64,000 nt of DNA from Candidatus Dojkabacteria bacterium (lineage in GTDB: Bacteria; Patescibacteriota; Dojkabacteria; JAFGLO01). A program made the position numbers and the translations under genes. This document shows positions 8,701-18,464 of this stretch, in pieces; the first letter of the stretch is position 1; the number at the start of each line of letters is the position of its first letter. The notes beneath the pieces are model-generated. The model made no database searches, was not told the DNA's origin, and was given only the letters and a program-made list of their open reading frames with translations. Location: the NCBI GenBank assembly GCA_016927995.1, contig JAFGLO010000011.1:391-64390 (forward strand). Reading direction: 5' to 3'.

Positions 8701-10074
8701 GGTATCGTTTCGTCCTTTTATTGCGATTCCCTTGCCTTGTGTTACTCCTAAGCCATTTCCTGTTACAGTTGGATTGTTAAAGGTAATATTGGAGTAATTT
8801 CCATTCTTTAGGTTGATATCTATACCGGCATTGTGTGCTGCAAGTCCACTTGTTGTGTTTTGTCCGTTATTTGATGCAGATATGTTTGTAAACGTTGCAT
8901 TTGATAATTTCTCGACGTATATGCCTTTAAAGCCATTTGAATCAAATGAACTGTCAGTAATTAATACGGTGTTAACGTTAGAAGTAGTATCTGGTGATGG
9001 GTTTGCCCCGGCAGGGTTTTTTGCAAAGTAGATACCGTAATGTAAATTGTTAAATGCGGAGTTTGATATTGTAAGCCCATTAACTGTGCCGTGTACCATA
9101 ACTTTTAAGCCAATCTCGGTCTCTGTTCCAAAGTAGGTGGCTGGTCCGATAACCATTACATCGCTTATGGTAAGGTTTGATATTGCGATAGGGTCACCTC
9201 CTACGGGTGAGTTTGTCATTATACCGACTTGAATACCCGCTGAATTTACTGGTGTTACACGAAGGTTTCCAATATTTACATTTGATGCAGTTACGGTTAT
9301 TGCAGCTGCGCCTGAATTTGAAGATAATATTGTATCTACAAGAGGATCCGTACCATTTCCATTTCCCTGTAGGGTGATTTCTTTGTCAATTATTATGTTG
9401 CCACTGTATGTTCCGGCTGTAACCTGTACAGTATCGCCATTCGATGATGCATTTATCGCTTCCTGAATTGTGTCGTAGCAGATGCCGTCGACAGTTGCGA
9501 CGACACATGCGTTTCCATTTCCTACCGGGTTTGGGTTTATAACAATAAAGATTGTGAAATGATCGACGTTTTCTGCAATAATTGAGTTTTCTACAGTTGA
9601 AACATTATTTAGTTGAGCAAAGTTTACGCTGTCTTCAGAGTAAGCAATGGTTGAATCGGGTTCACTATTATTTGGAAGGGTAAGTGTAAATTCGAAGCTG
9701 TAATTCGGCATTGTCGATGTTACCTCAAGTGCCCAGGGATAAATAGCAGAAGTTTCTTCGATCTGTTTAGTGGTAAGAGGGATCTTGTTTATTGTTATGA
9801 TTCCAGGCTCATCAACTTTTGTAAAGGTAATAGAGATTGATGGGTCGTTTGGAAAAACATATGTTCCAATTGTGATTGGTTCGTTAGAAGTAAATGAGCC
9901 GTCAGTATTTTGAATCCAGATTTGGTTTTCGTTGGATTCAATATAATCTTCCGGTGTGTCTGCAAGTACGGGATTTGAAAGCAGGAAGAAGAGTGAAGCT
10001 GTGTTACCGATAATTAGATTTAGTAAAAGAAAAATTTTTACTAATCGGAACAAATGGGTTTTAAGTTTTTTCAT
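5701..10074 (-). CDS. Large multidomain surface protein (beta-helix, FN3-like, golvesin/Xly-like, PKD/Ig-like, SdrD-B-like, C-terminal TM anchor)
   Basis: Signal peptide; YDTIQEAINA..GDTVQVTAGTY beta-helix start; VTAVDSAGNES; GVYEVY..GWVSLGEYTF..IADAVGF; ISGYVYEDKNKN..TDDNGYW..PGKYTV; C-terminal WWILIP.. then RRKQEK. Confidence 0.8.
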   Translation of the reverse strand: MKKLKTHLFRLVKIFLLLNLIIGNTASLFFLLSNPVLADTPEDYIESNENQIWIQNTDGSFTSNEPITIGTYVFPNDPSISITFTKVDEPGIITINKIPLTTKQIEETSAIYPWALEVTSTMPNYSFEFTLTLPNNSEPDSTIAYSEDSVNFAQLNNVSTVENSIIAENVDHFTIFIVINPNPVGNGNACVVATVDGICYDTIQEAINASSNGDTVQVTAGTYSGNIIIDKEITLQGNGNGTDPLVDTILSSNSGAAAITVTASNVNIGNLRVTPVNSAGIQVGIMTNSPVGGDPIAISNLTISDVMVIGPATYFGTETEIGLKVMVHGTVNGLTISNSAFNNLHYGIYFAKNPAGANPSPDTTSNVNTVLITDSSFDSNGFKGIYVEKLSNATFTNISASNNGQNTTSGLAAHNAGIDINLKNGNYSNITFNNPTVTGNGLGVTQGKGIAIKGRNDTAGYGLNTTTLDLVTINGGTITGNGGTTASGGGISIGNYVTNVEIHGVTISGNNNYGLSNWTTTVTGDPTTTVLIDARGNNWGDATGPNDTTGGDGSIPETNSGGTGNSVLGMVDYTELDTTPPESPLFFLEEDTNEILVTWKAVSNATLYRVYADNNTITPIYEGTDLSYTHSTTGLHNYIVTAVDSAGNESDSAIEWKYAEPMDIVIDDSALYSDHNNNGTFSVSGANMAIHVNHSDPSVQAIASSYVGGDTQTLRSTSATATWTTNDLLNGVYEVYTQYRCEPSASRGEVEYTINSGSPVTIDQATCAVTYEQSQSGWVSLGEYTFVNEQGSVVLQGPGLSGGQIAIADAVGFRFVQPLTPVQIGYNVNDGTPISQRPTRYDCEGGYTNINGVSVHWTDVSAGNPNIQYQRQYSSNGTSWAGLEPYTNPYTNYRSFGYGQVPHYSRVRAIDTLTGAVSDWSNTCYITYDVTPPVVTFIDDVEAGFNLEDIISILVTDNNPDPSTYQYAFTDGTCDNTVVFTESFESNTPFTIADESHNGMYVCVKATDLANNTTYTVSTYPLNIDNTAPTISTIDDLILTEGQLLNLGFLNDLEMRDTNGNLDMVYVVITFTDPDGTYTILDTAIDVSMAGCGYDGCGYGGTLNELFHYLTGETIDFSDIDVPTDTSYIPEGVYTIRYYVTDFAGNESEAYLVTITINNVAPAVVLGSNQIIETGGVANFTAMFGDPSYISDPGWIQEVPDDSPWYAEIDYGTGEGFQSLGTFGTPGNITIPSKQYLAAGIYTVTLRVCEARFIDNPLSENTCTTKSVTVTVNPPVVIIIPQPIVTIRPVIQPIIPIEPVSEPESLEPEEEDLDNNILGTTEERCSITYKISGYVYEDKNKNDKKDENEKIFTNQKILVEYEFDGKTYQMEAITDDNGYWELKVCPGKYTVKIIDDELPSKYSLGENKTIEVTDKDTADVNIRLIGNNRFPWWILIPILVFILLVIGIILSRRKQEK

Positions 10075-10186
10075 TATTGAAAAATTAATATAATGTTATT
10101 CTCGTATTCTAACAAAATATCAAATTAGTTACAACCACCTGTTATTCGTCCTACCGAAACTGTAGATAATAGTAGATAATATATGA

Positions 10187-12772
10187 TTAATTAGTGAACA
10201 TAACTTTGTTGTTTTTAACAGTTGCTTTGATTTTATCGCCTTTTTTAAATTTCCCCTCAATAAGTGCTTTTGAAAGCTCATTTTCTACGTTTTTCTGGAT
10301 TGTACGTTTCATTGGGCGCGCTCCAAACTCCTCGTCATATCCGGCGTTTACCAGCATTTCAACAACGGAATTGTCAAATTCAATGGTTAATCCTTGCGCC
10401 AGAACCAATTGTTTAAGCTTTTCAAGAAGAATTAAGGCTATTTCGCGGATTTGTGCCTTGGTAAGTGAATGGAAAAGAATAATGTCATCGAATCTGTTTA
10501 AGAATTCGGGTCTAAATTGAAGTTTAAGTTCGGACAAGACTTTATCATAAAGTTTTTCCCACTCTTTGTTTCCCTTGTTCTTAATGTGTTCCTGAATAAG
10601 GTTAGATGCAATATTACTTGTAGCAATTATTATGGAGTTCTGGAAATCCACTGTTCTACCTTTTGCGTCGGTTAATCTGCCGTCATCGAGAAGTTGAAGT
10701 AATATATTAAATACTTCAGGATGAGCCTTCTCAATTTCGTCTAACAGGACTAGTGAGTATGGTTGACGTCTAATTCGTTCTGTTAGCTGTCCACCCTCTT
10801 CATAACCAACATATCCCGGTGGGGACCCGATTAGTTTACTTACACTGTGTTTTTCCATGTATTCACTCATATCGATCCTTATAATTGCTGATTCATCACC
10901 AAAGATATATTCCGAAAGTGCTTTTGCAAGTTCGGTTTTGCCAACTCCGGTGGGACCTAAAAAAATAAATGCAGCAATGGGTTTGTTTTCAGATTTTAAC
11001 CCAACCCTAGCCCTACGTACCGCCTCACTTACAGCGGAAACAGCATCGGTTTGTCCTACAATCCGTTTATGGATCTCCTTTTCCATTTCCAAAAGTCGCT
11101 TTTTCTCTTCTTTTTTCATTTCTGTAACGGGGACACCCGTCATTTTTGATATAACGTCGGCGATATCATCAATTGTAACTTCGGGGATACCGGTTCCCTT
11201 CTTTTTTTGCCAGGCTTCGTCAAGTGGTGCAATTTGAGATTTTAGTGATTCAATCTCCTGTTTTAATTTTGCGGCCTTTTCAAAGTCCTCTGCCCGGGTT
11301 AAGGCTTCTCGTTCTTTTTCGAGCTGTTTTACTTTTTCGGACAATTCCATAAGCTCCTGTGGAGGTAATGTTTTCTCTAGTCGGACTTTACTGCAAGCTT
11401 CATCGAGAGTATCAATTGCTTTGTCAGGTAAAAAGCGATCTTTTATGTAACGGGTGGCCAGTTGGGCAGCGGAGACAATTGCTTTGTCCGTTATTTTTAC
11501 TTTGTGGTGAGCTTCGTATTTATCACGTAATCCTCGTAGAATTTCGATTGTTTGGTCAGTTGTGGGTTCATCAACTAAGACCGGTTGAAATCTGCGTTCC
11601 AGGGCAGCGTCTTTCTCTATGTATTTTTTATATTCATTAAGAGTTGTAGCTCCAATTACCTGGAGTTCACCTCGTGCAAGTGAGGGTTTCAACATGTTTG
11701 AAAGATCCATTTGGCCTTCCTGTGCACCACTTCCAACAACTGTATGAAGTTCGTCGATAAATAAAATAATATCTCGACCGGCTTTCTCGAGTTCTTCGAT
11801 CACTTTTTTGGCTCGCTCCTCAAATTCACCACGGTATTTTGAACCTGCAATAAGACTTGATATATCAAGTTCTTTAACCCGCTTTCCTAAAAGTACTTCA
11901 GGTGCACTGCCGTTTACTATTCGATGAGCTAAACCTTCAACTATTGCTGTTTTTCCTACACCCGGTTCACCAATAAGTACGGGATTGTTTTTACGTCTAC
12001 GTGACAAGATTTGGATAATTCGGGTGATTTCGTCGGCTCTACCAATGACAGGATCAATTTTTCCCTGCTCAGCTAAGTTTGTTAGATCTCTACTGAATTT
12101 GTCGAGCGTTGGAGTTAATGATTTTTCTTTCACGGCTTTACCGCTCTCGTCGCCTTCACCTACCAGGCTTACAACGGCTTGTCGTGCATTTGTATAACTA
12201 ATACCGTATTTTTTAAATACTTGGGCGGCTAAGCCTTCTCCTTCCTTTATAAGTCCCAAAAGAATGTGTTCCGAGCCGACGTAGCTATGATTAAGCTCCA
12301 TTGCGTCTTGAAATGCAAGTTGAAGTACCTGTTTACCTCGTGGAGTCAAATCGGTAATTTCGGTTTCAATATCGCCATCGGTTATTTGTGATTCGACATA
12401 GCTCTTAAGTTCGGAAATATTAATTTCGAGTTTGTTTAAGATTTTTTGTACGACTTCATCTTCGAGAACGCCTAGAAGTAGGTGTTGGGTATCGATTGCT
12501 TTGTTTTTATGTTTTATTGCACCTGCAACTGCGGCTTGAATTGCTTTTTTAGCACGGTCGGATAAATAATTGTTAATGTCGACGCTCTCCTGCTGTGGTT
12601 GGTAACCGCCGCCTCCGAAACTTCTTTCGAATGGACCATCGAAGGAAGTTTCGCCGGTTTCTTCGGTTTCGGCAAGACATTTATCACAGATATATTTAGT
12701 AACGTTACGTCCGTTTATAATTTGAGTTATTTTGGTATTGGCTTCACGGGCCTGACATCTGTCGCAAATCAT
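10187..12772 (-). CDS. clpC: ATP-dependent Clp protease ATPase subunit (ClpC-type) with N-terminal CxxC...CxxC finger
   Basis: Two AAA+ modules ([16 protein letters not shown]), Clp-N repeats, short middle coiled coil, GSPPGYVGY. Confidence 0.9.
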   Translation of the reverse strand: MICDRCQAREANTKITQIINGRNVTKYICDKCLAETEETGETSFDGPFERSFGGGGYQPQQESVDINNYLSDRAKKAIQAAVAGAIKHKNKAIDTQHLLLGVLEDEVVQKILNKLEINISELKSYVESQITDGDIETEITDLTPRGKQVLQLAFQDAMELNHSYVGSEHILLGLIKEGEGLAAQVFKKYGISYTNARQAVVSLVGEGDESGKAVKEKSLTPTLDKFSRDLTNLAEQGKIDPVIGRADEITRIIQILSRRRKNNPVLIGEPGVGKTAIVEGLAHRIVNGSAPEVLLGKRVKELDISSLIAGSKYRGEFEERAKKVIEELEKAGRDIILFIDELHTVVGSGAQEGQMDLSNMLKPSLARGELQVIGATTLNEYKKYIEKDAALERRFQPVLVDEPTTDQTIEILRGLRDKYEAHHKVKITDKAIVSAAQLATRYIKDRFLPDKAIDTLDEACSKVRLEKTLPPQELMELSEKVKQLEKEREALTRAEDFEKAAKLKQEIESLKSQIAPLDEAWQKKKGTGIPEVTIDDIADVISKMTGVPVTEMKKEEKKRLLEMEKEIHKRIVGQTDAVSAVSEAVRRARVGLKSENKPIAAFIFLGPTGVGKTELAKALSEYIFGDESAIIRIDMSEYMEKHSVSKLIGSPPGYVGYEEGGQLTERIRRQPYSLVLLDEIEKAHPEVFNILLQLLDDGRLTDAKGRTVDFQNSIIIATSNIASNLIQEHIKNKGNKEWEKLYDKVLSELKLQFRPEFLNRFDDIILFHSLTKAQIREIALILLEKLKQLVLAQGLTIEFDNSVVEMLVNAGYDEEFGARPMKRTIQKNVENELSKALIEGKFKKGDKIKATVKNNKVMFTN

Positions 12773-12902
12773 GTTAACCGTAGGCAGTAAATTAGTTTAA
12801 TATCATTATACCGCAAGGAGTTAAGGTCGTAAACTGTCTGCTTTTGGACAATATTCCCTAAATTGGGTAATATGAACAATATCTAATTTTTATTTATTCA
12901 GA

Positions 12903-13349
12903 ATGAAAAAAGGTTTAATTATTGCAATAATCGCAGCAATTGGGCTATTTGTTCTACTTGGTTGTGGGCTTTGTGGCGGCGGTATTTACTGGTTTATGAA
13001 TTCTATGAAAAAGGAAGCAGCCGAGGTTCGAAGTGGAGTTTTGTATGATGTGTGCGTAATTTTGCATGAAGAAGATTTTGAGAAAGAAGAGAGTGATTAT
13101 TTTACAGATGACTTTATAGAAAAGGCAGATTCGCATCCTGAAGAAGTTGTTGATGACTTATATGATTTGTTCCCGGAGGATTTCGATTGTGAAGATTTAA
13201 CAGAAACGGGAATTAGCGATGTTTTCAGAGGTTCTGTCAGGGTTTCAATAGAAAACGATAAGAAAACGGTTATTCTCAAACTAAATGGCAAGGAAGTTAC
13301 TGTTGTATCTGAAGACGGCGACGACTTTAAAATTGACGATATTGATTAG
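12903..13349 (+). CDS. Hypothetical membrane-anchored protein
   Basis: 148-aa ORF with an N-terminal TM segment (GCGLCGGG) and an acidic C-terminal domain. Confidence 0.75.
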   Translation: MKKGLIIAIIAAIGLFVLLGCGLCGGGIYWFMNSMKKEAAEVRSGVLYDVCVILHEEDFEKEESDYFTDDFIEKADSHPEEVVDDLYDLFPEDFDCEDLTETGISDVFRGSVRVSIENDKKTVILKLNGKEVTVVSEDGDDFKIDDID

Positions 13350-15841
13350 GCTTTTACCCGGCCTTCTGTTTTATCTCGCACATTTCTTTCTAACTGCTTT
13401 CGGGCTATATCAACCTCTTCGTTTGTAATTTGGGAATCGGCTTTGTTAAAGTAAATTCGAATTGTAACCTGCTTTGTTTCGTCCGATTTGTTTTCTTGAT
13501 AAATATCTACCGGCTCTATCTTTTCCATAAACTCTGCCCCCCTTGAAGTTAAAACTGCATTTATAATGCCTTCGTAGGTGACATCTTTATCCACAATAAA
13601 ACAAATATCTTGAATTACAGAAGGAAAATTGCTTGGCTCTCTGTAGTTGCTTATTCCTGTTAATGCCTTTGGAATACTATCTAAAAGAACCTCTACGCCG
13701 CTTGTATAGGCGGGAACCCGCATGTTCTCTATAACTGTTGGGTGAAATGCACCGACGATTCCGATTGGAATACGTTTTTTGTTTGCATGCTCGTCAATTA
13801 ACTCGACAATTGCTGACTGGCCCTTATGAAACATTGGAGTTATAAGTCTAAGCCAAGCCGGCATTGGGTTTATATATTTTGTTAAAAGTGTGTATCGGAT
13901 AGTTCCTTTCTTAATTCCAAGCGTTTTAAATACCAGTTCCAGGTATAACTTTGAGTGGTAATAGGCTGAAGTTTTAGATGTTGAAACAGGATTTGTATAG
14001 ACAAAGCTTAACTTATGATATTCAGTTGGAAGTTTATCAGGACCAAGATCAGCTTTAATATGAGTAACGCCATGTTCATAAAGCATGAATGGTTCTGATG
14101 TTTGTGCGGTATTTTCAGCCACCTTTTCCAAAAGATTTGGAAGAATAGTGCATCGCATGTAAGAAAGTTCCGGTGATAATGGATTTTGGATGTGGTAGCA
14201 GTCTTTTGTTGATAAAGTACATTTGGTATACAGTTCGTCACCGATAAATGAAAAAGTCATGATTTCATTTCCGCCGGATGCCGTTAGTGTATGTCGTAGA
14301 TTTTGCTCCCTTGTAATAGCGTGGACTTGGTGAGTGGGTTTCCCTGTGTGTGTTGGAACTGTTGGGACAATTTTATTGTATCCATATAATCTTGCAACTT
14401 CTTCAAGAATATCCTCCGCATTGCAGAGATCGTAGCGGAACGTTGGAATTGTAAGGGAAATTGTGTTTGCTTTAAGTATCGGGTTTAGTTCAAGTCTGGA
14501 AAGATAAGTCACAATCTGATTTGTAGGTAGCTCTTTTTCGGAGACCCCGATGCGTGTTCTTAGGTAATCTGTTGTTACTTCGATGTGTTGTTTTTTTCGT
14601 GGGTATGGATATGCATCTTTAATGTTAGATGTAATTTTTGCGCTTGCAAGTTCTACCAGCAATTTTGACACCATAAGTAGTGCTGTAATTGTTTGCTCGG
14701 GATCTTGTCCTTTTCCGAATCGTGTCACGGCATCGGTAAAGAGTCCAAGTTTCATTGAGGTCTTTCGGATGTTGTATAAATCAAAGTTTGCTGATTCTAT
14801 AATTACTTTTGTTGTGGAATCTGAGATCCCGCTTTCTTTTCCACCTATAACTCCCCCAATCCCCAATGCACCGCCGTCATCGGCAATTACGACGGTTTCG
14901 GAATCAAGCTCGTAAACTTTGTTATCCAGCGTTAAGAGTTTTTCGCTTCTTTGAGCGACTCTTGCCGTTACTGTACCGTTTACCTTGTCGTAATCGAATG
15001 CATGAAGTGGCTGTGAAGTCAAAAGCATTACATAGTTTGTAATGTCGACAACATTGTTCACGCTTTGAATGTCGTGTTTCTGTAGAAATATTTTTAGCCA
15101 CAGAGGGGATTCTTGTACATTTACATTTCCTAAGCTTATTGCACTATATCTTTTGGTAAACATGTGATCCTTTGGATTTTTAATTGCAACGTTAAAAGGG
15201 TTCTCGTCTTCGTCAATGTTAGAAACTTTGGGTGAAAGCCAATCAGGAGTGTTAAGGTCTAGGTTAAAAGCAGCTGAGATCTCTCTTGCTATTCCATAAA
15301 TTCCAAAACAATCGGGTCTATGAGTTAAGGCTTTATTTTCTACTGTAATAATTGTGTCATCAAGAGCCAAAGCCTTTGTTAGTTTATCACCGGGAGTTAA
15401 ATCAACCGGAAGTACAAGAATCCTTGAATGGTCGTCTCCAAATCCAAGTTCTTTTTCGGAGAGTAACATTCCGTTAGACTCTACTCCGCCCAATGGTCGC
15501 TTAGCAATTGTTTCATGCTTTCGATCAGGGTATGGGTTTACGGGGGTTAAAAATCCCGGCGATATATAGGCAATTTTGTCACCTACTTTTATATTGTTAG
15601 CACCTGCGCATACCTGTACATTTGTGTTTCCAAGGTTTATTTTACAAACAAATAGTTTTTCGGATTTTGGATGTGGTTTGATTTCTCGTACCTCGCCAAC
15701 AAAAATACCTTTATACTTTTCGGAAAGTTTTTGGATGTCTTCAATCTCCGCAATGGCACTTGAAAAGGTGCTTACAAATTGCTCAAAGGGAATGCTTTTT
15801 ACGTCGACAAACTGTTGCAGTGTATTAAGCGAGAGCTTCAT
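13346..15841 (-). CDS. pheT: Phenylalanine--tRNA ligase beta subunit
   Basis: tRNA-binding OB domain (HPKSEKL..GVESNGML), THRPDC, NNVVDITNY..QPLHAFD, B5 domain (RYDL..EDILEEVAR), FDX-ACB C-terminus. Confidence 0.97.
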   Translation of the reverse strand: MKLSLNTLQQFVDVKSIPFEQFVSTFSSAIAEIEDIQKLSEKYKGIFVGEVREIKPHPKSEKLFVCKINLGNTNVQVCAGANNIKVGDKIAYISPGFLTPVNPYPDRKHETIAKRPLGGVESNGMLLSEKELGFGDDHSRILVLPVDLTPGDKLTKALALDDTIITVENKALTHRPDCFGIYGIAREISAAFNLDLNTPDWLSPKVSNIDEDENPFNVAIKNPKDHMFTKRYSAISLGNVNVQESPLWLKIFLQKHDIQSVNNVVDITNYVMLLTSQPLHAFDYDKVNGTVTARVAQRSEKLLTLDNKVYELDSETVVIADDGGALGIGGVIGGKESGISDSTTKVIIESANFDLYNIRKTSMKLGLFTDAVTRFGKGQDPEQTITALLMVSKLLVELASAKITSNIKDAYPYPRKKQHIEVTTDYLRTRIGVSEKELPTNQIVTYLSRLELNPILKANTISLTIPTFRYDLCNAEDILEEVARLYGYNKIVPTVPTHTGKPTHQVHAITREQNLRHTLTASGGNEIMTFSFIGDELYTKCTLSTKDCYHIQNPLSPELSYMRCTILPNLLEKVAENTAQTSEPFMLYEHGVTHIKADLGPDKLPTEYHKLSFVYTNPVSTSKTSAYYHSKLYLELVFKTLGIKKGTIRYTLLTKYINPMPAWLRLITPMFHKGQSAIVELIDEHANKKRIPIGIVGAFHPTVIENMRVPAYTSGVEVLLDSIPKALTGISNYREPSNFPSVIQDICFIVDKDVTYEGIINAVLTSRGAEFMEKIEPVDIYQENKSDETKQVTIRIYFNKADSQITNEEVDIARKQLERNVRDKTEGRVKA

Positions 15842-15927
15842 TGTAAGAACCTGTTTAAATAAAGTTGAGATAATATTAACACAAATTAATTAAGGGTGGT
15901 ATTCGTTTAAATGGATTCAGTCAACTG

Positions 15928-15957
15928 TGCCGGGGTCCCTATTCTGGGACCCCGGCA
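15928..15957. terminator. GC-rich 12-bp hairpin (terminator or REP-like)
   Basis: TGCCGGGGTCCC-tattct-GGGACCCCGGCA just downstream of the 15988..17904 gene. Confidence 0.5.
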
Positions 15958-15987
15958 GTATTTACAGAGGTTACCCTTTAAAAGGTT

Positions 15988-17904
15988 TTACTGTCTTTTG
16001 GCCTCATCCGGTATGTCTTCTTCATATACTGCCCAGCTTGAGGTAGTAAGCTCAAGGATTTTTGCCCTGCCGGTAGTATTTAGCGTTGAGTAGGAAGTAA
16101 ATGCAGGATATACAAATGTTTCTGCATCAAAGTTGTCATCACTGTAATTATCAGCAGAAATTATATGCAGTGCATTCTTATACCTAAACATAATCATAAC
16201 TGCTTTGTAAGTTTTTGTGGTAGATTCTTTTACAGGATCATTACCTTCAGTTTCGCTGTCTGCCGATACGGTTTCGGTGATTTCATAATAAGTTTGCTCG
16301 GAGACATAAACGTTTGCGGCTACACTAGTGCCATCTATGGTTAAGGTTTTTGTACCGGTTTTGGTAAATCCGTTTTCGGCTTTTGCTGAGCCGTCGGTTT
16401 CTTCTGTTGAGGTTCTAACTAAACCAGTAGAATCAAGAATCTGTTCTTCTCTAACACTGTTATCATATGTGGCAATGGAGATATTTGTTCCGTCCCGGCT
16501 GGTTGTCTCGTTGTAATCCCCCGATGCTATTGCCGAAACGTAATCGGGCTGATACCAAGACGAATACAATTCGCAACTTTGGTTATACATTGCTCGACCT
16601 ATTTCGGTGTCCGGATAAAGGGCACGGTCGCAGTAATCAGGATAATCCTGCTCTTCCTCGTACGAAAGATAAAATCCGTTCGTTACGTACCCGTTTGGAA
16701 CAATTATAGAAAAATTGTTAGCAGCTAAAAATGCGTTAACCTCAGTTTCATCAATTCCGCTAGTGTACTCATAAACATATTCATGTATCGAAACGTTTAA
16801 ATAATCGTTTGCGAATTTGGAAGAAACTGTATCCCATGCTATGTCTGACTGATTCTCTTGAGCGTAAATTGTTGTTGAAATAAGATTTGATGTAGCTACG
16901 GAGTCAAGATACATCTCCTCTTTATATATTTCGTAGGTCTGCTCATTTATCCATTGTCTTGTATAGACGGTTTTAGAATTTGAATCGGATCCACAATAAA
17001 AATCGTCCCATTTAAACTCGATTACTACGTAGTTCTGGTCATTGATAGTCTCATATGCAACAGCCTTTACATCGGTTCCGAAATATGAGTCGATAAAGGA
17101 CTCTGGTTCATCTGTCGAAGTATTTTCGGAATCTAGGGGTTTAGTAGATTCATTATCTATGGTATTGCCCATATCAAGATCTTGTAACGGTTCTGCAGGC
17201 TCCACTCCTAAAAGTCTATCGCTATAATCGTAAGTCTCTCTTATTGCATAGTTTCCTCCAAAATATGTGAAATTGCTTGATTCGTCGGACTGATAATATG
17301 CAATTAGTTCGCCATCCCCCGTTTTAGTAACAGTTTTGCTTTTGTACCCACTGTCGTCCCAGAATGAATAAGTCTCGGTTATTGTCTTTTCCCCTGGATA
17401 GTAAACATAAACAGGACAGCTATCGGATTTAGGACCCCTTTCGGTGGTGATAATATCGTGTGAATAGTTAAAATTGATATAAGTTGAATTATCATACCAG
17501 CCATAACCTGCGGCTAGGTCTGCAGACTCTTCGTTTGTGGATTTTAATCCGGTTGCGAGTGCTTGCGTCCCGCCTTGCCTGCTCAGGTTATTGTTTTTTA
17601 TTGCTCCTCGCAGAAGTGCCTGCAAATCAATATTTGCCAGTGGATCTGTGGGCTTTGGCCATAGTGCCTTGTAGGTGAAGAATCCACCTACCAGAACAAT
17701 CACTGAGGCCACCCCAATGATTGCGTACTTTAGAGATTTTTTCATGATCTCTCCTAAACTAAAATTAAATATGCCTGCTTTTTTAAGGAAACTTTGTTTT
17801 AGCGAATTGGAAAAATTAGAATCCGGTGTGCTAGAGCCTGCAGGGTTTTCTAAAAAACTTAGCACCTCCTGCTCTTCTTTTTCAAACTCTCTTTCTTTTT
17901 CCAT
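15988..17904 (-). CDS. Putative transmembrane anti-sigma factor with large extracellular domain
   Basis: Directly downstream of the ECF sigma gene; short cytoplasmic N-terminus (PDSNFSNSLKQSF), one TM helix, long S/T/Y-rich ectodomain. Confidence 0.55.
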   Translation of the reverse strand: MEKEREFEKEEQEVLSFLENPAGSSTPDSNFSNSLKQSFLKKAGIFNFSLGEIMKKSLKYAIIGVASVIVLVGGFFTYKALWPKPTDPLANIDLQALLRGAIKNNNLSRQGGTQALATGLKSTNEESADLAAGYGWYDNSTYINFNYSHDIITTERGPKSDSCPVYVYYPGEKTITETYSFWDDSGYKSKTVTKTGDGELIAYYQSDESSNFTYFGGNYAIRETYDYSDRLLGVEPAEPLQDLDMGNTIDNESTKPLDSENTSTDEPESFIDSYFGTDVKAVAYETINDQNYVVIEFKWDDFYCGSDSNSKTVYTRQWINEQTYEIYKEEMYLDSVATSNLISTTIYAQENQSDIAWDTVSSKFANDYLNVSIHEYVYEYTSGIDETEVNAFLAANNFSIIVPNGYVTNGFYLSYEEEQDYPDYCDRALYPDTEIGRAMYNQSCELYSSWYQPDYVSAIASGDYNETTSRDGTNISIATYDNSVREEQILDSTGLVRTSTEETDGSAKAENGFTKTGTKTLTIDGTSVAANVYVSEQTYYEITETVSADSETEGNDPVKESTTKTYKAVMIMFRYKNALHIISADNYSDDNFDAETFVYPAFTSYSTLNTTGRAKILELTTSSWAVYEEDIPDEAKRQ

Positions 17905-17922
17905 AAAAAATAAAACAGGTTA

Positions 17923-18450
17923 TTAATTTATAAGTGCATCCGGGGGTACACTCGGTTGCATGGCTATCATCAGTCTTAACGATTTTATAGCTCGTTTCAT
18001 TGTTGTTTTTACATAATTGTTGTCTTTACAAATCTTTTCGCAAATCTCTTTTGTTTTTAGTTTTTGTAAAAGCCGAAGTTTTGCAATTTGTCTTTGTTTT
18101 TCGGGAAGCCGATCGATAAACGTTTCTATTTGGCTTTGTGTATAACCGTTGCTTTCTATTCTATATGTTGTTTGCTCGATTTCCTCGTATATTTCGAGTC
18201 TCTCAATCTCAAGTGGAATCTCGTGACCCTTTTGTTTTAGATAGCTGATAAAAATATGTTTTGCAATTCCGTAAAGGTAGCCTACGGGGTTTTCTATTGT
18301 TGTTTTGGATCTTGAATTTTCGGCAAACGCTAGAAAGGTTTGGCTTGTAAGTTCTTCCGAGACAGCTTGTGATAGTGTGCGTGAATAAAAGAATCGGTAG
18401 ATTTTGACGATGTTTTCGTTGTAGAGTGTTTCGAGTTGTGTCTTATCCAT
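17923..18450 (-). CDS. ECF-type RNA polymerase sigma factor
   Basis: Region 2 (IYRFFY..SEELTSQTFL..YLYGIAKH) and region 4 (LPEKQRQI..EICE..VKTTMKRA). Start probably at 18450 (MDKTQL). Confidence 0.9.
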   Translation of the reverse strand: MDKTQLETLYNENIVKIYRFFYSRTLSQAVSEELTSQTFLAFAENSRSKTTIENPVGYLYGIAKHIFISYLKQKGHEIPLEIERLEIYEEIEQTTYRIESNGYTQSQIETFIDRLPEKQRQIAKLRLLQKLKTKEICEKICKDNNYVKTTMKRAIKSLRLMIAMQPSVPPDALIN

Positions 18451-18464
18451 GTTGATTTTAGTGT

